64,000 nucleotides of DNA from an uncultured Acidobacteriota bacterium (GCA_963805975.1 CAWDVR010000001.1:1455911-1519910), one strand, 5' to 3'; shown: positions 30,315 through 41,480, numbered from the stretch's first letter. The notes: generated by a model from the sequence alone, not told the origin. Numbers and translations: made by a program.

Positions 30315-31463
30315 CTACGCGAACCGGTCCGAGAGCCGGTGGATCAGATAGCCGCTCTCGGCGAGGGCCTGCTCGGCGAAGGGGCCGAAGAACTCGCCGA
30401 TCGAGCGGAACTCGGTTACGAAACCGTCCTTGTCGTCCTGCTCGACCATGGTGATGAGGCGCTCGTGGTGCTCCAGGAAGCGAGTGAGCAGGCTCCGGCG
30501 CTCTTCATTGGCGAGCACGATGTCGGCGTAGAGCTCGGCGTCCTGCGCGAAGATGCGGCCGGTCATCATCAGCTCGGCGCGGTAGATGGGGCTCGAGAAG
30601 TCCAGGATCTCGGCCGGGCTCATGCCCACGGTCTTGAGGAACGAGCCGTGGACCAGGGCGAGGAAGTGGCGCATGCCCTGGATCAGGTGCATGGCCTGGT
30701 CGTGGCGCAGGGGGTCGACCTCTTTGAGGCGCATGCCCCAGAGCTCGCATTGCGCGAGCAGCCAGCCATAGCTCTCCGGGCCGCGGCCGGGGCAGACCAG
30801 CATGAGCTGCTTCGAGAGGTTGGCGACGTCCGGGCCGTGCATGGGGTGGAGGCCGACCACCGGCCCGGGGTGGACCGCCAGCATGAGTGGCAGCACCTCG
30901 CCCTTGTTGCTGGTGAAGTCGGCGAGCACCGTGTTCGCGGCAAGGTGCGGTGCCAGGCTCCGCAGCACCTCGGAGGTGTCACGGATCGGCACGGTGACGA
31001 TCACGACGTCGGCGCCCCGCGCCAGCTCGGCGACCTCGTCCCAGTCGTCCCGGCCGAGCTTGCGCACCACGTGGCCGCTCGCGGCCAGCACCTTGCCGTA
31101 AAGGGTGCCCATGCCGCCGTAGCCGCCCACCAGCAGCACGGTCCTCGGCTCCGGGGTGGCGCTGGGAAAACGATCGAGCGACTGGCTGGCGCGCGAGGCG
31201 CTCATGATCATGCGCAGGAAGTCCTCGGCCCAGTCGGCGTCGAGGCCGCGCGTGGCCGCCTCTCGGCGGAAGCGCTCCACCTTGTCACCCTCGCGCCGGG
31301 GCACGAAGACCGGCACCGCGCTCGCGAGCTTCGCGAGCCCTACCTCGCGCACGATCTCGTTGCGCTCGGCCAGGAGGTCGAGGATGCGCGCGTCGACCAC
31401 GTCGAGCCGCTCGCGCAGAGCGGCCAGGGGGTCGGCGCCGGGGAGGTCACGAGGCTCGCTCAT
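30315..31463 (-). CDS. tyrA: bifunctional chorismate mutase / prephenate dehydrogenase
   Basis: LRERLDVVDARIL mutase domain, VGGYGGMG, HPMHGP, HDQAM. ATG 31463. Confidence 0.92.
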   Translation of the reverse strand: MSEPRDLPGADPLAALRERLDVVDARILDLLAERNEIVREVGLAKLASAVPVFVPRREGDKVERFRREAATRGLDADWAEDFLRMIMSASRASQSLDRFPSATPEPRTVLLVGGYGGMGTLYGKVLAASGHVVRKLGRDDWDEVAELARGADVVIVTVPIRDTSEVLRSLAPHLAANTVLADFTSNKGEVLPLMLAVHPGPVVGLHPMHGPDVANLSKQLMLVCPGRGPESYGWLLAQCELWGMRLKEVDPLRHDQAMHLIQGMRHFLALVHGSFLKTVGMSPAEILDFSSPIYRAELMMTGRIFAQDAELYADIVLANEERRSLLTRFLEHHERLITMVEQDDKDGFVTEFRSIGEFFGPFAEQALAESGYLIHRLSDRFA

Positions 31464-31477
31464 CCCGCTCCCCGCGT

Positions 31478-32578
31478 TCAGGGCCCGAGGCCCGCCGGCA
31501 GGGGCTCGAAGCCCTGCAGCCGGGCGACGTCCGCGGCGACGGCGAGCAGGCGGTCGGGGTCGCCCCAGCGCTGGTCGAGGATGAACAGGCGCGGGTCGAA
31601 CGGCCGGAAGCTCGCACCCTCGCGGCGCCGCACCTCGTAGTGCAAGTGCGGCGCGATGCTCCAGCCGGAAGCGCCCACGGTGGCGATCCTCTCGCCCCGC
31701 TTCACCCGCTGGCCGGTCCGGACCAGGAGCTCCCGGCAGTGGGCGTAGAGGGTCAGGAACTCGTCGCCGTGATGCAGCACCACCAGGTTGCCGAAACGCC
31801 ACCAGCGATGGCCGGGGCCGGCGGGAAAGGTGCCGGCGAAGGCGACGCTGCCGTCGGCCGTGGCCACCACCGGCGTGCCCGCGGGAGCCGCGAGATCGAT
31901 GCCCGCGTGGAGCTCACGGCCCTGGGTGAACGGGTCGCGGCGCTCGCCGAAGCCGCTCACCAGGACGAAGCTGTCACTGTCGACGCCGAGCGGGCGGATC
32001 GACGGCGTGAGCCGCACGGCCTGGGGATCAGAAGCCTGGTAGCTCTCGACCTCGGCAGCCCAGGTAGCCGCACGCTCGAGCTCGCGCTGGATCTCGGCGA
32101 TCAGCCGCTCGCCGTGGCGGATCCGGTCGCCTGCGGCGACCTCCGGCAGCAGAGGCGCCACCGGCTCGCCGGCCGGCAGGTCGTAGGCGAGCACCAGCTT
32201 CTGGGCCTCGAAGCGCACGTCCTGGCTGCGCGGCAGCAGCTCCTCGAGCCGTTGCACCAGGGCTTGGAGGCGCCGCGCCTCCTGCGCCTGCTGAGCGCCC
32301 GCCGCGCCGCCGGGATGAGGGCTGGTGAGGTCACGCCATACCCAGGGCAGGAAGGAGAGCCCGACGGCGACGAAGAGAGCGACCGCGACGAGGCCCAGAG
32401 CAGCTAGCCGCCGGCGGGCGGGAGTGGCGAGCAGGGTGCGCACGCGGCCCTTGCCGGCCGGCGGGTGGAACTGCATCTCCCAGGTGTCGGTCTTGCGCTG
32501 GCGCTCCAGCCAACTGCGCTCGCCTGCGGCGTCGTTCCCGGCCGCCCGGCGGGCGTCGCCGTTCTCGCCGCGGCTCAC
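31478..32578 (-). CDS. M23 family metallopeptidase
   Basis: TM helix and coiled coil, then HAGIDL, YAH, PHLHYEV. GTG 32578 overlaps the suhB stop. Confidence 0.88.
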   Translation of the reverse strand: MSRGENGDARRAAGNDAAGERSWLERQRKTDTWEMQFHPPAGKGRVRTLLATPARRRLAALGLVAVALFVAVGLSFLPWVWRDLTSPHPGGAAGAQQAQEARRLQALVQRLEELLPRSQDVRFEAQKLVLAYDLPAGEPVAPLLPEVAAGDRIRHGERLIAEIQRELERAATWAAEVESYQASDPQAVRLTPSIRPLGVDSDSFVLVSGFGERRDPFTQGRELHAGIDLAAPAGTPVVATADGSVAFAGTFPAGPGHRWWRFGNLVVLHHGDEFLTLYAHCRELLVRTGQRVKRGERIATVGASGWSIAPHLHYEVRRREGASFRPFDPRLFILDQRWGDPDRLLAVAADVARLQGFEPLPAGLGP

Positions 32579-33414
32579 GGCGGCACGGTTGCGGGCACTC
32601 TGCCGCGGGTCAGCAGTTCCACTTGCGCCTCGCCGCCGTGGCGCGCCACGGCGGCGCGCAGCTCGCGGTGTACGTCCGGGTTGCCGGCGATCACGTTGCC
32701 GCTGGCGAGAAAGCCGGCACCGCCGTCGAGGTCGCTCACCCGGCCCCCGGCCTCGCTCACCAGGAGCGCGCCGGCCGCGATGTCCCAGGGGCCCAGCGCG
32801 TACTCGAAGAAGCCGTCGAAGATCCCGGCCGCCGTGTAGGCGAGGTCGAGGGCCGCGGCCCCGCAGCGGCGGATGCCGCGTGCCTCGAGGAACACGTCGC
32901 GGAAGGCTGAGAGATAGACCTCCAGCGCGGCGTGCGAGCGGTAGGGATAGCCGGTGGCGAGAAACGCGCCGGCGAGGCCCCCGTGGGCCGAGACCCGGAT
33001 GCTCTGGCCGTTGCGGAACGCGCCCTCGCCCCGGGCGGCGGTGAACAGCTCCTGGCCGAGCGGATCGTAGACCGCGCCGGCCAGCAGCTCCTCGCCGCGC
33101 CGCACGGCGGCCGAGACGCAGAAGTACCGCAGGCCCTGCATGAAGTTCGAGGTGCCGTCCAGCGGGTCGATCAGCCACTGGTGGTCTCCACCCTCAGCCG
33201 TGCCGCCGCCCTCCTCGGCCAGCACCCGGTGCTCGGGGTGCCGGCGGCGGATCTCCGCCACCATCACCGCCTCGCTCTCGCGGTCGGCACGGGTGACGAA
33301 ATCGTTGGCGGCCTTGGCGACCGCGCCGAGGTCGCGTGAGCCGAAGTGCGAGAGCAGCACCTCACCGCCCGCATGCACGGCGGCGACGGCGGAGGCGAGG
33401 AGGGTGGAGGACAT
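32575..33414 (-). CDS. suhB: inositol monophosphatase
   Basis: DFVTRAD, AEE, WLIDPLDGTSNF, WDIAAG. ATG 33414. Confidence 0.92.
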   Translation of the reverse strand: MSSTLLASAVAAVHAGGEVLLSHFGSRDLGAVAKAANDFVTRADRESEAVMVAEIRRRHPEHRVLAEEGGGTAEGGDHQWLIDPLDGTSNFMQGLRYFCVSAAVRRGEELLAGAVYDPLGQELFTAARGEGAFRNGQSIRVSAHGGLAGAFLATGYPYRSHAALEVYLSAFRDVFLEARGIRRCGAAALDLAYTAAGIFDGFFEYALGPWDIAAGALLVSEAGGRVSDLDGGAGFLASGNVIAGNPDVHRELRAAVARHGGEAQVELLTRGRVPATVPP

Positions 33415-33452
33415 GGCAGGGAACCCGGCGGACGGCCCGGCGAGAGCCGCCA

Positions 33453-35150
33453 TTATTCCACGCGGCGGTAAAAGCGCTCGATCTCCGCCGCCGCGGGTCG
33501 GCCGAGGAAGCGGAAGTCCGGCCGTGGGCTCGAGACCTCGCCGCTGAAGGCCTTCCAGGCGAAGAGACCGGCGAGCCACGTCTTGTCCTCCAGGGCGGCG
33601 AGGAGAGCGCGGTAGGCCGCGGCCTGGTCGCGGAGGGAGAGCTCGCCCCCCTCCCGGTGTGGGTCTACCCAGGCGGCGCGACGGGCCGCGAAGCCCACTT
33701 CGGTCAGGACCAAGGGCTTGCCGAAGCGCGCAGCCGCGGCAGCCAGCTTCTCCACCACCCGGTGCGCGCCGGCCGCCAGCGCTTCGTCCGAGGCGTCCGG
33801 CGCCGAGGCGAGCGGGTAGTAGGCGTCCACCCCGACGAGGTCGAGCCGGTCCCAGAACGGCGCGTTCTCGAGGCCCCCGTACCAGTTGGCGGCATAGGTC
33901 AAGAGGCCCGGATAGAGGCGGCGTACGGCCGCGATCAGCTCCAGCCACTCCCGCTTCCGCGGCAGGGTCTTGTCGAGCTCCACGCCGATCGCCAGGAGCT
34001 CGGCGCCGGCCCAGCGCGCGAGAAACGCGTGATGCAGCACGTAGCGGCGGTAGGCGCTCCACCAGGCCCGCCAATCCGCCTCGCTCGTCATCTCGACCTC
34101 GCCCGGCCAGGACTCGTGGGACACCCACACGTGCGGCTTCCACAGCACCGTGAAGCCCTTGGCATGAGCACGCCGTGCGGCGTGGAGACAGCCGATGTCG
34201 GTCTCGGCGCGCGGGCCGCGCAGCAGGTAGACCATCTCCGGCCGGCCCGGCGCCGGCTGGTAGGCGAAAGGCATGATGGCGACCGAGTCCGCTGCCAGCT
34301 CACGCAGCCGGTCGAGCTGGCCGTCGACGCTCGGCGAGTGGTAGCCCTGCTCCACGCTGTTGAGCATGGCGAGGGAAACGCCTCGGTACTTAAGGCCCTT
34401 GCCGCGGCCGAGCGGCAGACGAGAAACGGCCGGCTCGGCCTCCTTATCGCGCCTGGCGATCCGGGCCAGCACGGCTTCCACCTCGTCCGGCTTCCAGGGA
34501 GAGGCGAGCTTCTCGGCGAGAGTGTTCCCCGGCCGGGCCTCGATCACCGCCGCTGCGGCCGGCGTCCAGAGGAGCGCCGAGCCATCCCGCTGCTCGATCT
34601 CGGCGAGCAGCTCGGCGGCCAGGGGCAGCGCACCCGCCGCGGCAAAGCCCGGCAGCCACTCGGCGTAGCCGCGCCCGTACCAGTCGCCGGCCAGCCAGAG
34701 CGCCGCCCCACGCGCAATCCAGGGCCGCTGGCCGCGTGCCAGACCGGCCCGCTCGACCAGCCGGCGGGCGAGCGCCACGTGGTACGCGGCGAGGTCGCGC
34801 GCGTCGAAGACCAGGTGCAGATCGAAGCCCGCTCCCCCGGCCTCGCCGCCACGCCCGGCCACGGCCTCCCCCACCTCGCCCGTTTCCCGGGCCTGGGTCA
34901 CGTGGTCCGGCTCGACGATCAGGGTGAACGGCCGCTCGACCGCGATCGGCACCCGCGGCGCCATCGCGGCCACCGCTGCTTCGAGCTCGGCGCCGAGCCG
35001 CGCGAGCTCGGGGCGAACCGGCGAGCCGGCGCGGACGAAGAGCCGCACGGCCTTGCCGGAGAACGCGAGGGGGTGCAGAGCAGGCGGCTCGGCCGCGAGG
35101 GCGGCGACCGCCGCGAAGCCCAGACCAAGGGCGACTAGGAAAGTCTGCAC
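33453..35150 (-). CDS. secreted glycoside hydrolase, GH113-like TIM barrel at the C-terminus (start uncertain)
   Basis: LWKPHVW, IGVEL, LTYAANW, GVDAYYPL, LTEVGF; signal-peptide-like N-terminus from GTG 35150. Confidence 0.75.
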   Translation of the reverse strand: MQTFLVALGLGFAAVAALAAEPPALHPLAFSGKAVRLFVRAGSPVRPELARLGAELEAAVAAMAPRVPIAVERPFTLIVEPDHVTQARETGEVGEAVAGRGGEAGGAGFDLHLVFDARDLAAYHVALARRLVERAGLARGQRPWIARGAALWLAGDWYGRGYAEWLPGFAAAGALPLAAELLAEIEQRDGSALLWTPAAAAVIEARPGNTLAEKLASPWKPDEVEAVLARIARRDKEAEPAVSRLPLGRGKGLKYRGVSLAMLNSVEQGYHSPSVDGQLDRLRELAADSVAIMPFAYQPAPGRPEMVYLLRGPRAETDIGCLHAARRAHAKGFTVLWKPHVWVSHESWPGEVEMTSEADWRAWWSAYRRYVLHHAFLARWAGAELLAIGVELDKTLPRKREWLELIAAVRRLYPGLLTYAANWYGGLENAPFWDRLDLVGVDAYYPLASAPDASDEALAAGAHRVVEKLAAAAARFGKPLVLTEVGFAARRAAWVDPHREGGELSLRDQAAAYRALLAALEDKTWLAGLFAWKAFSGEVSSPRPDFRFLGRPAAAEIERFYRRVE

Positions 35151-35190
35151 CGAGCGCGATGGTAAGGCGAAATCGGGCAGTCCGTGAGGA

Positions 35191-35272
35191 AGATGGATTC
35201 CCACTTTCGCGGGAATGACGGAGGGACGACTGCGTTCTCTTCTGTCATTCCCGCGAAAGCGGGAATCCATCT
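35191..35272. repeat. inverted pair of REP-like palindromes (GTCATTCCCGCGAAAGCGGGAATCCA type)
   Basis: 35191-35219 and 35244-35272 are reverse complements with one mismatch; each arm is itself a hairpin. Confidence 0.85.
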
Positions 35273-35355
35273 GTCACGAGCGAACGGCCGGAGGAGGCAA
35301 GGCTCCCGGAGTCAACCTCCGGAAGCCTCAGATCAATCGAGACTTAGGACGACCC

Positions 35356-35786
35356 GACCACAGTCTCGGCAGCTAAGCCGAGGATGTGAGGAGTCCTGCT
35401 GTGTCGGACTGGGTCTTGGCAGAGCGTCGCCAGTGGGCCGGCAGGACTGCCCCTCTTCACCCCGCCGCGAGGTGAGAGAAATCTCACCGAGTGGGCTGTG
35501 GTCCGAATCGTGGTACTCGTTCTCGGGGCGCTAGCTGCGCTGCTGAGAATCCTTCACGGTTAGAGATCACGCCCACGCGGCCGGGTGGAGGAGTGGCGCC
35601 CCCTCTTCCCACACTGTTGCTTGAGACAGACTCAGGCGCGGCTAGGACTCGCGATCCGAAATCCGGCGCTCCATTGCCGGCCCGCCGCGCCACTTTCCTC
35701 CTTTGGCTCAAAGGAGCCTCGGTCTACTAGGCGGCCCTGCAATACCCGCCTCCTCTGAACGGGGATTGCCTGCCTGTCATCCGAGG
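35356..35786 (+). ncRNA. candidate large structured non-coding RNA of unknown class
   Basis: About ten nested helices, G-U pairs all consistent with the + strand, and a perfect GAAA-tetraloop hairpin at 35471-35488. No convincing ORF. Confidence 0.5.
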
Positions 35787-35829
35787 TAATACGGTCCGAG
35801 TTCGGCAGCGAGCGGTAGAATCCCGCGCC

Positions 35830-36612
35830 GTGGCGAAGAAGCACAAAGCCGGCCCCGGCCCGTGTGTCCACTGCCTCGCGCATGTTGCTGAGCGGACGTG
35901 GGATCATCTGTTCGCGCGCTCGTGGTACCCGGACACGACGCCGGAGAACCTCGAGTTGTGGAAGTTCCCTGCCTGCCAGCCGTGCAACAGAGCATACGGC
36001 GAGCTCGAACAGGATCTCCTCCTGCGCGTCGGCTTGTGCCTGGACCCCACCACCGTCGCGGCGAGCGGCATCCCTGCGGATGTTCTCCGAGGGATGGACC
36101 CTGCGGCAGCGCACAACGAGCAGGATCGTCGGGCGCGCGAGGCGCGACGGCAGAAGATCCTGAACGAGACGTTTGTCGTCGGCCCCGAGCACACCCACGC
36201 GATCATTCCGGGCTTTGGGGCACGCCCGAATACCCCGCCGATCGGGATCGGCATCCCAGCGCAGTCGCTTGAGCGCCTAGTCGAGAAGTTCGCGCGGGGG
36301 CTCACCTACTTGCGCACGGGTCTCCTCATCACGCCAGCGTACGCGATCGAGGTGTTCGTCGATCCACAGCAGGGAGCACTCGTCGATACGCTCCTCACCC
36401 GCTTCGGGAAACGCGAAGAGCGTGGACCCGGCGTGACCGTGGCGCACGCATTCGCCAAGGACGATGACGCCACCTCGATCTTCGCCGTCGTCCTCTGGGG
36501 GGTCTTCCACCTGTGGGGGGTCGTGCGACGCGTCAACTCGACGAACGAGGATGCAGCAGACCACCCTCGCGAACTCACGCCCGCCAGCGAGCCGGCCGAC
36601 GCACCCGTGTGA
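35830..36612 (+). CDS. HNH-like zinc-binding endonuclease domain protein
   Basis: CVHC...TWDHLF...PACQPCN pattern. A -10-like TAGAAT ends 8 nt before the GTG. Confidence 0.7.
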   Translation: MAKKHKAGPGPCVHCLAHVAERTWDHLFARSWYPDTTPENLELWKFPACQPCNRAYGELEQDLLLRVGLCLDPTTVAASGIPADVLRGMDPAAAHNEQDRRAREARRQKILNETFVVGPEHTHAIIPGFGARPNTPPIGIGIPAQSLERLVEKFARGLTYLRTGLLITPAYAIEVFVDPQQGALVDTLLTRFGKREERGPGVTVAHAFAKDDDATSIFAVVLWGVFHLWGVVRRVNSTNEDAADHPRELTPASEPADAPV

Positions 36613-36931
36613 CCAAACGCGACCTGCAGATACTCCACGACAGGGCAGTACCGCTACCTCACGACAGCACAGATCGCCCGCCGCCACTTCGGCTCCCGCA
36701 CGCTCGCGCAGCGACGCCTCCGCCGCCTCGCACCGCTGGAGTTCTCCACCGCTTTCACGTCGCTGAGGCCCGCCGCGCGGGCTTTCAGACCTGGTGGTGC
36801 CTCTCCCGGCAGGCGCTGCACACGTGAGCACCGAGGCTGGGCTCGCAGCACAGAGCGTCCCGGTGCCTGCGCGGCTCCCACCCTCGCTCGGGTTTCTTGC
36901 CCACCATGCAGGATTTCTCGCTGCTCTTTAG
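36609..36931 (+). pseudogene. replication-relaxation (Replic_Relax-like) gene relic
   Basis: VTKRDLQILHD / frameshift / GQYRYLTTAQIARRHFGSRTLAQRRLRRL, later PSLGFLAHH, then a stop. Confidence 0.6.
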
Positions 36932-37187
36932 AGGTTAGGATCTCTGCGCGGCACAGTCGGGATCGCGTGCGAAGGGCGCGTGCGTACCCCGCCGCCCTTC
37001 TTGCAGCCCTTGCGAATATCTTGACCTTGGCCTCCAGTAGAGACTTCCTGAAACGCATGCTCAGCGCATGCCGGAGCGAGAGGAAGGTCCGAAGCTAGCT
37101 AGAACGCTCTTGTAACCCGCTTATTCCACGAGGTTTACAGGCACCCCTGACGACCCCCAGAATGAGCCCTCTGCCGGCCGAATCTCG

Positions 37188-38606
37188 CTACGGGCAGGTC
37201 GCGAACGCCTCCGTGTCCTGGATGGGCGGCGCCGCCGTGCCCTGGGCGTTCGGGTAGGTCTTGGTCTTTCCGGTCTGCGTGTCGACGACCACCACTTCGA
37301 ACCGGACATTGGTGGTCGCGGCGTAGAAGATCCACCAGCGGTCGTTGAGCGGGCAGCCGTTCACCAGCTTGACCAGGATCTCGAGGTTGTTGGGGTTCAG
37401 GAAGTAGAACGCCCCGGCGGTGTCGGTCAGCGGCACGGCTTGGCCCGCGCCGGACTGCCCGCCGGCGAACTCCCATCGCATCTCCACCTGGAACCGCCCG
37501 CTGCCGAAGCACAGCGTGTCGCCGTCGGCCACGCAAGGCACGCCCGTGGGGCCGTCGGTCGTCGCCGCCTCCTCGTTGGTGTAGGGCGAGCTGCCGCCGC
37601 CATTCGAGGCCCGCACGCGGAAGATGTAATAAGTCGCGGGGTCGAGGCCGTCCTCGGCATAGTCGGTGGCGCCGGCGCCGGCCGTGCCCACCTGGGTGAA
37701 GCTGCCGCCGAGGGTCTTCCTCTCGATCAAGAACTGCGACTCGTTGGAGGAGTTGTCGTTCCAGCCGAGGTCGATCTCGCTGGTGGAGGTGGGCTCCGCG
37801 GTGAGGCCCGAGGGCGCGGCTGGGGCCGCGGGCTGCGAGCCGCCGTCGTCGTCGGCGATGGTCAGGGTGGCGGTGGCCGGAGTGCCTAGGGTCGCGCCGC
37901 CGGTGGGGGCGGAGAGCGCGAGCGGCACGGTCTCGTTGGGCTCGTCTACGGAGTCGGGGAGGATGGGAACGGTGAAGGTCTTGGCGCCGTCCACCCCGTC
38001 CGCCCAGGAGAGCGTGCCCGTGCGCGGCGTGTAGTCCGTGGCCGCGGTCGCGGTGCCGGTTCCGGTCGCGTACTGGACAGAGACGGCGCCGTCGTCGCCA
38101 CCCGTGCGACGCACGGTGATGGTGGCGTTGCCGCTCTCGCCCGTGCTGTAGCTCCCGGTGCTGAACGAGAGGTTTCCCGGCCCGCCTTCCCCGCCTCCGC
38201 CCTGCACCACGATCGTGCCGGTCATCCCCAGGCCGGCGTGGGCATCGCACTGGAAAGGCAGGGTGCCGGCCTGCGTGAAGTTGAGGCGCGTCACCCAGTT
38301 GCCGGCCGGCCCGGAGGACGGGTCGGTCACGCTATAGGGATTGGCGCAGGGGCCGGCGCAGCGGATGACCCCCGGCACGTGGAAGTTGTGGGGCATCGCG
38401 GCGTTGTTGCGGACGCACACCGTCTGGCTGACGTTCACCGTCACGTTGCTGGGGTTGAAGGTGTTGCTCGCCGTGGTGCTGATCACCACGTCCCCGGCCT
38501 CGCAGTTGGCGGCGGGGTCCGGGGTGGGGCCGGGGTTGTCGTAGCCGGCGTGGGCGGCGGCGGAAAGAAAGAACAGGGCGGTCAGGGCGAGAGCTCGCTG
38601 GCGCAT
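37188..38606 (-). CDS. secreted multidomain protein: cupredoxin + Calx-beta + FN3 + conserved C-terminal domain
   Basis: ATG 38606 after GAGGAGG; signal peptide; type-1 copper ligands (PHN...CDAHAGLGM); Calx-beta (TVRRTGG, ATAATDY, GTLSW); FN3 (WNDNSSNE, YYIFRVRA). Confidence 0.85.
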   Translation of the reverse strand: MRQRALALTALFFLSAAAHAGYDNPGPTPDPAANCEAGDVVISTTASNTFNPSNVTVNVSQTVCVRNNAAMPHNFHVPGVIRCAGPCANPYSVTDPSSGPAGNWVTRLNFTQAGTLPFQCDAHAGLGMTGTIVVQGGGGEGGPGNLSFSTGSYSTGESGNATITVRRTGGDDGAVSVQYATGTGTATAATDYTPRTGTLSWADGVDGAKTFTVPILPDSVDEPNETVPLALSAPTGGATLGTPATATLTIADDDGGSQPAAPAAPSGLTAEPTSTSEIDLGWNDNSSNESQFLIERKTLGGSFTQVGTAGAGATDYAEDGLDPATYYIFRVRASNGGGSSPYTNEEAATTDGPTGVPCVADGDTLCFGSGRFQVEMRWEFAGGQSGAGQAVPLTDTAGAFYFLNPNNLEILVKLVNGCPLNDRWWIFYAATTNVRFEVVVVDTQTGKTKTYPNAQGTAAPPIQDTEAFATCP

Positions 38607-38650
38607 GGGAACCTCCTCGGGGAGTAGATTCCCGTGGCCCTGCCGCAGGT

Positions 38651-39930
<1,280 letters not shown>

Positions 39931-39934
<4 letters not shown>

Positions 39935-40875
39935 GCCGCGTCCTCCTGTGCGCCCGAGAGCAGGTAGAGCACCGCCATGCGCACCGCGACGCCGTGGCTC
40001 ACCTGCTCGAGGATCACCGAGAACGGCCCGTCGGCCACCTCGCTCGAGATCTCGACGCCGCGGTTGATCGGCCCAGGGTGGAGCACGATCACGTCCGGCT
40101 GGGCGAGCTTCAGGCGCGCCGCGGTCAGGGCGAAGAGGCGGAAGTACTCGCGCACCGAGGGGAAGAGCATGCGCGACTGGCGCTCGAGCTGCACGCGGAG
40201 CATCATCACCACGTCCTTGCCGGCCAGCGCCTCGTCGAGCGAGTAGGACACCGTGGCGCCCAGCGCCTCCATGCCGGGGGGCATCATGGTGCGCGGTCCG
40301 GCCACGGTCACCCGCGCCCCCATCCGGGTCAGCAGGTGGACGTTCGAGCGCACCACGCGGCTGTGCTCCACGTCGCCGACGATCGCCACCTCGAGCCCTT
40401 CGAGCCGGCCCTTGTGGCGGCGGATGGTGAAGGCGTCGAGCAGCGCCTGGGTGGGGTGCTCGTGCGCGCCGTCGCCGGCGTTGACCACGTGTGACTTGTT
40501 GAGGCGCTTCGCCAGCAGGTGCGGCGCGTAGGGATGGGCGTGGCGGATGACGATCACGTCCGGCGCCATGGCCTCGAGGTTGAGAGCGGTGTCGATCAGG
40601 CCCTCGCCCTTGGTGAGCGAGGAGCTCGAGGTCGAGAAGTTGACCGCGTCGGCCGACATGCGCTTGGCCGCGATCTCGAAGCTCGAGCGGGTGCGGGTCG
40701 AGGGCTCGAAGAAGAGATTGACGACCGTCTTGCCGCGCAGCGTCGGCACCTTCTTGATCGGGCGGGCGGAGACCTGGACGAAAGACTCGGCGGTGTCGAG
40801 GAGGAGCAGGATCTCCTCGCGCGACAGCTCCTCGATGCCGAGGAGATCCTTGCGCTGCCACGTTCCGCCGCTCAA
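39931..40875 (-). CDS. pyrB: aspartate carbamoyltransferase catalytic subunit
   Basis: [31 protein letters not shown]. Confidence 0.96.
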
Positions 40876-41480
40876 CCGTGTCCCTCGTTGCCCTGGCTGG
40901 CGTGTCCCTCGTTGCCCGGGTCGGCCTGCGGCCGGTCGAGCAGCTCCACGGCCTCCTTGCCGGCGTCGGTCTCGGCGAAGGAGACCTTCACCACCTCGCT
41001 CGCCGTGGTGCGCAACGCCATGCCCACGAAGTCGGCCTGGATCGGCAGCTCTCTCCAGCCGCGGTCCACCAGCACGGCGAGCTGCACGGCGCGGGGGCGG
41101 CCCCAGTCCACCAGCGCGTCGAGCGCGGCGCGCACCGTGCGGCCGGTGTAGAGCACGTCGTCGCAGAGCACCAGGAGGTGGCTCTCGACCGGAGCCGCGA
41201 AAGCCGTCTCGCGCACCACGGGCTGCGGCCCGATGGTCGAGAGATCGTCGCGGTAGAGGGTGATGTCGAGCACCCCCATGGCCACCCGGGAGCCCTCCAT
41301 GCGCTCGATCTCCGCTGCCAGGCGCTCGGCGAGCGGTACGCCGCGGGTGCGGATGCCCACCAGCATCAGCCCCGCCACCCCGCGGTTGCGCTCCACGATC
41401 TCGCCGGCCATGCGGCGCACGGCACGGCCGATCTGGTGCTCGTCGAGCAGAGTCTTCTTGACTTGGAGGTTCGAAGCCAC
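40872..41480 (-). CDS. pyrR: PyrR / uracil phosphoribosyltransferase
   Basis: [32 protein letters not shown]. Confidence 0.95.
   Translation of the reverse strand: MASNLQVKKTLLDEHQIGRAVRRMAGEIVERNRGVAGLMLVGIRTRGVPLAERLAAEIERMEGSRVAMGVLDITLYRDDLSTIGPQPVVRETAFAAPVESHLLVLCDDVLYTGRTVRAALDALVDWGRPRAVQLAVLVDRGWRELPIQADFVGMALRTTASEVVKVSFAETDAGKEAVELLDRPQADPGNEGHASQGNEGHG

Noticed and set aside
35184-35534. ORFs beginning MDSRFRGND / MDSHFRGND
   Set aside because: These are translations of the REP palindromes, not real gene starts.
35680-35710. RNase P RNA on the minus strand (GAGGAAAGT match)
   Set aside because: Reads GAGGAAAGTGG rather than GAGGAAAGTCC, has no matching 3' P4 strand, and the wobble pairs favour the + strand.
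40877-40918. 17-bp direct repeat at the pyrR 3' end (GNEGH twice)
   Set aside because: Short local duplication in a non-conserved tail; no functional signal.
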